A stretch of 64,000 nt of DNA from Octopus vulgaris (lineage: Eukaryota): contig OX597814.1 in NCBI GenBank assembly GCA_951406725.2, forward strand, positions 88,226,001 to 88,290,000, in the 5' to 3' direction. Shown here one piece after another: positions 54,736 through 64,000 of this stretch. A program made the position numbers and the translations under genes. Position 1 is the stretch's first letter. Every line of letters begins with the position of its first letter. The notes below the pieces were generated by a model. That model was not told the DNA's origin, did not search any database, and was given only the letters and a program-made list of their open reading frames with translations.

Positions 54736-55732
54736 GTCGACACACTTGACAATTCTCAAAAGTTTATCATATCAAGTACATTCACCAGCATCACAACACT
54801 CTACAGCCAAGCTCTTAAGAACATTATCAGATATTTACCTTTTACATTCACAGTATGGTCCGATCGACCCAAGCTTGCTAACTCTCTGTCCTACAGTATC
54901 AGTGATGCGGCCACAACTTTGATTCTGCAAAACGCGCAATTCAATGAAGACTCGAATTTTCAGAAACAAACAATCGAACTCCCATATTTACTGTTGTTAT
55001 CTAAATAAAATATAAACGCATCCAAACAACAAAATCTCCACTTAAATAAGCTTCGGTCAACTTGCATCCATTTTCCTTTTTGCTTCTTTTCACTTGCTTT
55101 TGTTGTTCTCTGCATACAATTCGATCCCTCTCTTTTCCTCTTCCCTTTCTACCCTTTGTGTCTTCTGTTTTACTCCACATCAATCTGTCTCCGCTACTTT
55201 GTTTTCTTATGGCTCCTATATTTATACAGTCTTTCTCACACTCATTTTCATATAATTTTATTACTGAATCACATCTTACCTGTTTTCATATCTATTCATA
55301 TTTATTTTCTACTTCCTTTTTGCCTTTCATGCTTTCTTCCTCTTAACATTTTCGATTCTATTCTTTCCCTACTCCTGACTTTCTGATCTTTCGCTCTATT
55401 TTCGTTGTCTTTGACTTTCTTCTTTCAGTGGACAGAAGGAAAAAAAAAAAAGATATAAAAAATACACACTTTCTTAGTAAAAACAACATGGAAACACTGT
55501 GCCTTTTGTCATTCTCTTCTAAAATAATCCGTAAGATATTTTCTCTTCGCTTATCTGTGCTTTTTTAAAAGAAAGAAACCGAAACAGAAAAATAAATAAA
55601 TAAAAAAGCATCTTCTTGTTTGATATGACCTTCTAATTTTTGCCTCTTGTGTGGCAATATTTATATATCACCTTTGAAACTGTAACATCACTCGTGTCAG
55701 TTGTTTTATTTTGGAAACAGCTGGAGAATAAA
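54736..55732 (+). other. Probable 3' UTR of the Ly6/uPAR gene with candidate polyadenylation signals
   Basis: Repeat-free stretch after the stop; AATAAA at 55004, 55591 (overlapping cluster) and 55727; true end not determinable. Confidence 0.5.
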
Positions 55733-56051
55733 GAGATGATAGTTATTTCAGACATTTTGTTAACATTTTTAATAAGATTTTTTTTCATACTTACGAGGCA
55801 AATCTGCTGTTGAATTTAAAATATTCTCTCATTACTGCTTATTAAAGAACTGCCATTTTTTTATTCATTCATTTTTTTAAGGGACAGGAGCGAAGTATTT
55901 AATCCCTTCCAATTTAAAAACAAATATGAAAACAGAGAAAATTAAAATTTGCTTATTAAAGAAAGTGCAGTTAACTAAAAGAATTTGGTAATGTTGTTCA
56001 TAGTTTGCTGTGAACATTTCTTGACGATACTAAATTATATAAATGTGTGGG

Positions 56052-56121
<70 letters not shown>

Positions 56122-56134
56122 TACATGTATATAT

Positions 56135-56350
56135 ATTCTTTTATTCTTTTACTCTTTTACTTGTTTCAGTCATTTGACTTCAGCCATACTGGAACATCGC
56201 CCTGAAGGATTTTAGTCGAACAAATCGACCCCAAAACATATTTCTTACGCCTAGTACTTACTCTATCGGTCTATTTTGCCGAACCTGCAAGTTACAAGGG
56301 CGTAAACACCAACACTATTTGTCAAGCGATGATGGAAGACAAACACACAC
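56135..56350 (-). mobile_element. SINE B 3' half
   Basis: Reverse complement of family B tail. Confidence 0.8.
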
Positions 56351-56354
56351 ATAT

Positions 56355-57715
56355 TAAAGTTAGATAAAGCCGGTTTATTGGATTACCTTAGGTTTCACGT
56401 CCATACAGGGCCTAGTCTTATGGCGTATCATCAGATCCTAAAACCGCTCTAGTGAGTGGCCTCTCTAGAATATGGAGGAGGAAATGAGTTCGGTACTCAA
56501 TATCAACAAAAGGGATTGTCTCCCCTTAGCTATCGATCGCCGATGTCAACAAAGAGGATTGTGTCCCTTCGGCTATCGATCACCAGTAACCCTGCTATCT
56601 TGTGGGTTCCAATAGGCTAGCAAGAATTTCCTGAAATGCAAGCACGGTTCGAAGACCACCGTTCTGAAATTCAGGATGTTCCCTGGGTCGAGTGAGTCCT
56701 TTAGGATCCTCGCCCGTTCCGCTATGCATAATTTACAGCGGTTGGTCACGTTTATGTAGGGGACTGGATTCTCTAGGATTCTCCATAATATTGTGTATAG
56801 AATCCCGTTGTCTATTAGCTGCCATACGTGGATGGCTAATGACGTGACGAATCTCCTTTCCGGTTTCCTGAAGGAGGATCTGTGGCTGGAGAGGCGTTGT
56901 TTAAACGAATTCCCGGAACAGCCGATGTATCTCCGTGGTCGGGTGTTGGCGGTGATGTGTCTGTTGGTGTTAGTGCTACCACTGCCGGTGTTGGTAAAGG
57001 TGCCATTGTTGTTATTATGGTTATCGCCGTTGATGAAGGCGCGGTTGTTGCTCTTTTAGATGTCATTGCCAATGTCTCTGCTGCTTTTCCGTTAGGGATA
57101 TTGCCGTGGCTGTCGTCACTGTTATTGATTTTATTGCTGCCGATGGTACTATCGCTGCTGCTATTGGAAGTGTCGGAGCCGCTGCTGTAGATGTGGCCGT
57201 TAGTGAAGCTGTAGATAATTCTACTGTTGTCGTTAGGGGTACTGTCATTGGTGTTGTCGATGTCGTTGTCACTGGCGATAGTGTTGTTGGTTCTGTTCGC
57301 GTTTCTGCTGCTGCTGTTATTGTTACTGACGTCCCTGCTTCTGTGATCACCGTTTAGGGAGCTGCTGCTAGACTCAGCCAGTACCTCGGTTTCAGAGACG
57401 GCTCCCTTGGTTTCACAGTGGCCCCTCACTGGACATCTGTTGCGTTCCTTGCATAAAAACTTGCCTCCGCTCGTGGTCTAGGGATGCTAATTAGATTGCT
57501 CTCAATATTAGGGGCACAGCTAAAAGAGACCCTAATGTTGTGCCTATTGAAAATGCGTCCGTATCTATGTGCACTAGTGAAATGTATATCTATTAACTTA
57601 AGGAATATCCTACCAACAGACGTTTTTACGTTAAGACAGAAGTGGAGGAGAGGGGAAAACCAAATGATATTTCTGTGGCGCTTCCTTCTGCGGATGTCGG
57701 AGCCCGGCATGTAAT
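56355..57715 (-). mobile_element. 5'-truncated Penelope-like retroelement (probably Naiad-type): linker, Zn knuckle, GIY-YIG endonuclease, 3' ribozyme; frameshifted
   Basis: RNIIWFSP...VKTSVGRIFLKLIDIHF...IFNRHNIRVSFSC; CKERNRCPVRGHC; RYIGCSGNSFKQRLSSHRSSF...TSLAIHVWQL...RCKLCIAERARI...LNFR...CLH; stop at 56573-56575. Confidence 0.88.
56371..56446 (-). ncRNA. Type I hammerhead ribozyme with intact catalytic core
   Basis: Minus strand CGGTTTTAGGAT-CTGATGA-T-ACGCCATA(13-nt loop)TATGG-A-CGT-GAAA-CC(TAA)GG-TA^ATCCAATAAACCG; predicted cleavage between 56384 and 56383. Confidence 0.85.
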
Positions 57716-58249
57716 AATGGTGATTTCTTTAAGGAAAATAAAAGACAAACTATGTTAGGTAAGAGGCGAAGTTGACTGAGTCAATATATTTAATTGATTC
57801 TGCTGGAATAAAATAAAAACTTGATTATGGCTCGAACATGAAATGCTAAGGGATGAAGGCTGTTATTTCCTACTGGTCGAACAGCCACGTAGAGGCTTTT
57901 TTGATTGAGCAACAAAGATATGTTTAATTTACTGCTCAGCCGTTATCTTATCTTTTTATCGTTTTCCTTGTTTCAGTCGTTGTACTGCAGCCATGCTGGA
58001 GCCTCGCCTTAGAGGATTTAGTTGAAAAAATCGACTCCAGTACTTATATATTTAAAAGTCCGATACTTTTTCTACCTCTTTTTGCGGAACCACTAAATTA
58101 TGGGGGCGTAAACAGACCAGCAACGGTTATCAAGTGCTTGTTGGGGACGATCACACGCATACACACTCACATGTGTATATATTTATATATTATACACACA
58201 CACACACACACACACACACGTAATAGTGACTGAAGTAGTATTCATATCT

Positions 58250-58863
58250 GTTTCAAAGTTTGTCACAAGGCCAGCAATTTCAAGAGAGGGGGTAAATTAA
58301 TTACATCAACCCCAATGCTCTTCTGGTACTAATTTTATCGACCCTGAAAGAATGAAAGGCAAAGTCGATCTCGCCGGAATTTGAACTCAGAACGTAAAGA
58401 CGGACGATATGCCGCAATGAATTTTTTTAGCGCGCTAACGTTTCTTATTTCTTTACTACCCACAAGGGGCTACACACAGAGGAGGCAAACAAGAACAGAC
58501 AAACGGATTAAGTCGATTATATTTACCCCAGTGCGTAACTGGTACTTATTTAATCGACCCCGAAAGGATGAAAGGCAAAGTCGACCTTGGCGGAATTTGA
58601 ACTCAGAACGTAGCGGCAGACGAAATACCTATTTCTTTACTATCCACAAGGGGCTAAACACAGAGAGGACAAACGAGGACAGGCAAACGGATTAGGTCGA
58701 TTATATCGACCCCAGTGCGTAACTGGTACTTATTTAATCGACGCCGAAAGGATGAAAGGCAAAGTCGACCTCGGCGGAATTTGAACTCAGAACGTAGCGG
58801 CAGACGAAATACCGCTAAGCATTTTGCCCAGCGTGCTAACGTTTCTGCCAGCTCGCCGCCTTA
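58250..58863 (-). mobile_element. SINE family A trimer
   Basis: Three core units with two spacer modules. Confidence 0.9.
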
Positions 58864-59054
58864 GAAGCAGTATCAGTCATAAAAGGTAACATTTATCTTC
58901 CACTAAAAGTGGATGTTGTGTTAGAACACAAATTACCGCGTTATTTATCAAGTGAAGATCTCTCATGGACTTGTGGTGAATATAAGCACTCGGGCAATAA
59001 CCGTCCACTGATGCGTTTGCTGATACGTACGTTAATACATCAGCTGATATGATT

Positions 59055-59210
59055 GGCTTCTTCTAGTTTCCGTCTACCAAATCCACTCACAAGGCTTTAG
59101 TCGGCCCGGGCCTATAGTAGAAGATACTTGCCAGGGTGTTACGCAGTTGGACTGAAACCGGAACCATGTGGTTTGGAAGTAAACTTGTTACCACACAGCC
59201 TACGCCTGCG
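59055..59210 (-). mobile_element. SINE B 5' half
   Basis: Reverse complement of family B head and centre. Confidence 0.8.
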
Positions 59211-59774
59211 CTTATTATGTGCATTATTAACATTTATATTAATGTTATTATAACTGAAGAATGAGATAAAATTGTTTCATGGCGGCTTCTAGTAACTCAG
59301 TTATATTATGACGCCGTACTCAAAATGGATTTTTCGTTTTTCATGTTTGTGCGTATGGGGTGGAAAAAGAAAGGTGTGTATGTTTGTGTGTGTATGGGAT
59401 GGAGGGAACAATGAATATACTGTGTGTATTAAGTCTGTTTAGGCGTAATCTTACAATTTTTTCAACAATGGGCATGTTCCATAATATAAGGAATAAAACT
59501 ACTTATTTATTTAACAATTTTGAAACGCAGTGAAGTGGTATTCATTCAAACGAATTCATAGTGTAAGTGACTTTGAATGACGTCAATAAATGAACGAAGA
59601 CTGGAAACTTTTGTCATAAGTGGAACAAATTTTTTTTTTTAATATTTGTAAGCATGCGTGTGTGTGTGTGTGTGCGCGCGCGCGCATACGTGTGTGATAA
59701 CAATGAAATACAGAAAACATGCTATTTTATGCTTTATAAAACATGAGTTTCTTTAAATTAACTGCCAGGATTAC

Positions 59775-59808
<34 letters not shown>

Positions 59809-59811
<3 letters not shown>

Positions 59812-60211
59812 GCAGGAGTGGCTGTGGTAAGTAGCTTGCTAACCAACCACATGGTTTCGGGTTCAGTCCCACTGCGTGGCATCTTGGGCAAGTGTCTTCT
59901 GCTATAGCCCTGGGCCGACGAATGCCTTGTGAGTGGATTTGGTAGACGGAAACTGAAAGAAGCCTGTCGTAAATATGTATATATATATATATATGTGTGT
60001 GTGTATGTGTTTGTGTGTCTGTGTTTGTCCCCCTAGCATTGCTTGACAACCGATGCTGGTGTGTTTACGTCCCCGTCACTTAGCGGTTCGGCAAAAGAGA
60101 CCGATAGAATAAGTACTGGGCTTACAAAGAACAAGTCCCGGGGTCGATTTGCTCGACTAAAAGGCGGTGCTCCAGCATGCCCGCAGTCAAATGACTGAAA
60201 CAAGTAAAAGA

Positions 60212-60212
<1 letters not shown>
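59809..60212 (+). mobile_element. Full-length SINE family B
   Basis: tRNA-like head, cttgggcaagtgtctt CORE-like block, internal (TA)(TG) run, tail tgactgaaacaagtaaaagag; inserted in (TA)n. Confidence 0.9.
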
Positions 60213-60254
<42 letters not shown>

Positions 60255-60256
<2 letters not shown>

Positions 60257-60505
60257 TGTTCCTTCTCGAGCCACGCATTGCTCATAAGGGCCGGTTTCCC
60301 GGTTTCCTGTCCGTCGCAGGTGAGCTGCAAGATGCAGGAGGAAAGAATGAGAGAAGGTTGTGGCGAAAGAGTCAGCAGAAGTTCGCCATTACCTTCTGCC
60401 GGAGCCATGTGGAGCTTAGGTGTTTCGCTCATAAACACACTCATCGCTCGGTCTGAGATTCGAACCCGCGATCCCTCGACCGCTGCTCTAGGCCATGTGC
60501 CTCCA
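60255..60505 (-). mobile_element. tRNA-derived SINE related to family C with a different tail
   Basis: Minus strand tggaggcacatggcctag...gggttcgaatctc...atgagcgaaacacct...ggtaatggcgaacttctg. Confidence 0.7.
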
Positions 60506-60647
60506 CTATATATATATATATCCTCATTATGCAAATTACCCAAAATGTCAGTGAAATGGCTGAACATGGGGGCACAGTGTAATCGGAGAAAACAAACAAA
60601 GCATACAAGTTTGAGATATTACCTTTTCAAGTGGGCAGATACATATA

Positions 60648-61553
60648 TTGGGTATCATAAATAATACGTTTTTTTTTATATTTCTTTTATTTTTCAAATT
60701 AAGATAAACAAAGTTCTTTTTTAATCATATATAGAATCTCCTTCATTTTCTTCAATGCTCTTCTGGTAGGCTTGCAAGGCCCCGCTTCCAAAATCTATTT
60801 GTCCGTGACGAAAAATACTCCTTCAGTACTGTTCTGATCTCGTCTACAGAATTCATATTTTTTCCGTTCAAATCTTTTTGAAGACTGCGGAATAAATGAT
60901 AATTAGATAGGGTAATGTCCAGCGAATATGGTGGGTGGGGTATCGTTTCCCATCCAAACTGCTCCAGCCTTTGGAATGTCAACCATGTGGCCGAGCATTA
61001 GACTCGGAAAGTTTGAGAAACCCATTGACCAAATTTGCTCACTTTTCCGACGGCACGCAGGTGTCGATGAATGGTTGAATGACCAAATCCAAGCTTCTCT
61101 GCTAGTTCCTCAACGGTTACGACGGGACTTTGTTCCACCAGGGTTTGCAGGACGTCCTCGTCAAGCTCTACGGGTATTCCAGGATAAGGGATGTCTTCTT
61201 GGCTGTTGTTTCCGGCTCGGAATTTCTGGAAACACTGTTGACACTGGCTTACGCTTATTGTCCGATCTTCATATACTGCATTAATATTCCTCGCATTTTC
61301 CTTTGCGTTGTTTCCTTTATTGAACTCATAAAGCAAAATATGCCGAATATGCTCCTTTGTCACTTCTAATATAGCTTTGAAAAAATAACTGTTAAAATCG
61401 AACTGCACTCTTCAAAACTTGTACTAAGAATAAGTACAATGTAAAATTACTAGCTGCTTTTAGAGCAAGTTGATGCAAATAGTTTATCCCATCCCACTCC
61501 GACTTTTAATTCATGCTATTGAAAAAAACTGCATTATTTATGGGATGACCCAA
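60648..61553 (-). mobile_element. Internally deleted mariner transposon
   Basis: TA-flanked imperfect TIRs ttgggt...acccaa; N-terminal KEHIRHILLYEF...KFRAG...WVSQ joined to HPPYSLDITLSNYHLFRSL; first two catalytic Asp regions missing. Confidence 0.9.
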
Positions 61554-61870
61554 TACATACTCGCGCATATAACCATATCGGTACGTATAGAATGAGGAAA
61601 CCTGGCAATTAATTTGAGAAACGCGTGTATATTTCATGCAACATAAAATAACATGTTTCCTGTATTGTAATACATATCTTATATTCCGCACACTAGCCTA
61701 TCCTGTGGTTTTCTGCTCTGCATTGTACCGCACTGAATATAAGAGTGGGACGTATCACAGAGATCGAACTTTCGTGATTTTCAGCGTTTTACAGTGTATA
61801 TACATGAGAGAGATGGGGGGAGAGAAAGAAGGAAAGTAAGAAAGAACGAAAAGGAAATAGACAAACAGCT

Positions 61871-61952
<82 letters not shown>

Positions 61953-62171
61953 GATCATGTTGAACCGTTAATCCTTGCACATTTTTTTCCTCTCTCCTTT
62001 TTTCCTCCCAAATCTTTCTGTCGAAGAGCGTAGGCTTGAAATGTCAAAGACTTTTCCATTCTTCCCGAGCATCAAACTAATACACCTGCCTGTTCTTCCT
62101 TCACCTGTCTTCGTCTTTATTTTTTCTGTAAATTTGAATTATATATCTATATATTTATGTCTATATCTATC

Positions 62172-62229
<58 letters not shown>

Positions 62230-62250
62230 CTCTATCTATCTATCTATCTA

Positions 62251-63592
62251 GGATGCGTCCTGATGGTCAGGCGATCCATTTGCTGTCAACACCCGTTAAA
62301 AGGAGGGCTGGGCATGCCGTGGTTGATGATACGCAGACACGCGCTGAGACTGCGACATCTCCGGCTCTATGTAGACGACGGTGAACAGGTGTGGTCGCCG
62401 TTTGTGAGGCACGCGTTCCCGCAGCTCGTCTCCATGACCGAACTGCAGTCGTGGATCAAAAAGAGGCCGAGGAAGTGCGAATGGCACCGCGAGTGTCGCG
62501 TTGCTCACAAGCAACTCTGCCGTCCCGGGTCGACCTTGAGTGACTTCAACACAACCAAAGCATTCTATAGGGGATTAGTGGAGGGGAGGTACTACGACGA
62601 TCTTGGGGCAAACCTGGGCGTCGACGAGGAATACCTGACCCGCCTGTTTGAAACGACTTTCGGCCCGGGACCTATGGACAACTTCCAGAGATCCCTGGCC
62701 TGGCGGTGCTACCGAGAAGCGCTACCCATTTGGGAAAAGCTCTATAGGCATGGCTCGAGAAACACGGGGCCGACCTGCCCGAGATGCGGGCAGAGCGACG
62801 AAACCGTTCTGCACGCAATCGTGCAGTGTCCAACAATCTCCGACCTGTGGGCTTATGTCGAACGACTGCTGTCACGTGTGGGACGTGTCGGTTTATCAGC
62901 CGAGTCTATCGTTAATATCGTCACGCCTCCTTCCTTCAAACGGGAAGGAAGAGCTATTTTTATCATACTTGTGGCTATGGCGAAAGAATGTATCTGGTGG
63001 ACGCGCCTGAAAGGATTAGAGACAAACACTTTCCTCTCTGGCCAATCTCTCATCAACTTCTTCAAGTATCACTTGAAGAGGAAAGTGAGAGTAGAGAGGC
63101 AAGTTTTGTCTAGTGAATGTTTTAAAAAAAGATGGGTGAATGTAGCAAGGATGGCACGTATGAATGACGAAGCCACCTTGACTATGATCCTATGAACCGT
63201 AAAAATTAATACAGAGAGTTGCTTATTTGTAAAAAAATAAAATGTAACATATGACTTCATTGACCGAGGTTACCGTGGTCTTTTCCGTAGGCTTTTCTTT
63301 CCACGGGTAAACCTCACCTGTCCTCCCCTTTACACTTTATATTGACATTTCTGTGATAACGATCCCTATTGATCAATTTTTTTCCTTTCCCTTCCCCCCC
63401 TTTTTAAAATTTTTTATTTTTTATTTTTATTTTTATTTTAATTTTACTCCCCCCTCTTTTTTTGTCCTCTTTCTTTCCTTTTACGATTCCTTTTGATCGA
63501 AAATTAAACCCCCTTTTTTACCCCCAAAAGAAAAGCTCTACCTTGTAATTTGTCCTGTCTGTGTGCAGCCCTGTGTGGCTAATAAAGAAACA
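62251..63592 (+). mobile_element. 5'-truncated Tx1/L1-clade LINE: ORF2 C-terminus (62251-63195) and 3' UTR, inserted in (TATC)n
   Basis: 314 uninterrupted codons with KGGLGMP and CPRCGQSDETVLHAIVQC (zf-RVT-like); pyrimidine-rich UTR; AATAAA at 63581; TATC arrays on both sides. Confidence 0.88.

Positions 63593-64000
<408 letters not shown>

Noticed and set aside
56836-57429. 197-aa S/T/N-rich ORF as a mucin-like host gene
   Set aside because: Lies between the Penelope linker/Zn knuckle and YIG motifs; part of the retroelement
56573-57710. Selenocysteine recoding, reported for some Naiad elements
   Set aside because: The Cys positions I could read use TGC/TGT, and no SECIS could be identified by eye
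61975-62250. N-terminal part of the 406-aa ORF
   Set aside because: Read-through of flanking DNA and (TATC)n; LINE homology starts at 62251

Overview
AT-rich eukaryotic DNA, very dense in microsatellites and SINEs. The repeat families and the (TA)/(TG)/(TACA)/(GATA) density suggest an octopus (coleoid cephalopod) genome; this is recognition from memory, not a database result. Almost all ORFs in the supplied track are microsatellite artefacts. One real host gene could be assembled by hand on the + strand: three coding exons (21714-21780, 31831-31968, 54482-54735) giving a 152-aa protein with a signal peptide, a 10-Cys Ly6/uPAR (three-finger, quiver/sleepless-type) domain and a hydrophobic C-terminus, with introns of about 10 and 22.5 kb. 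The rest is mobile DNA: at least four tRNA-headed SINE families (one travelling as a 184-bp-period trimer), truncated LINEs (RTE, Dong/R4-like, Tx1-like, HERO-like, CR1-like), a Penelope-like element, non-autonomous Helitrons, and Tc1/mariner, hAT-like and Merlin-like derivatives. The most striking hidden signal is four hammerhead-ribozyme motifs: a complete one in the Penelope 3' end, a degenerate one inside a tRNA-headed SINE (candidate Penelope-mobilised ribozyme SINE), one in the loop of an 88-bp inverted repeat, and one orphan relic. All were folded by eye. Mobile-element boundaries are approximate unless terminal motifs are quoted.
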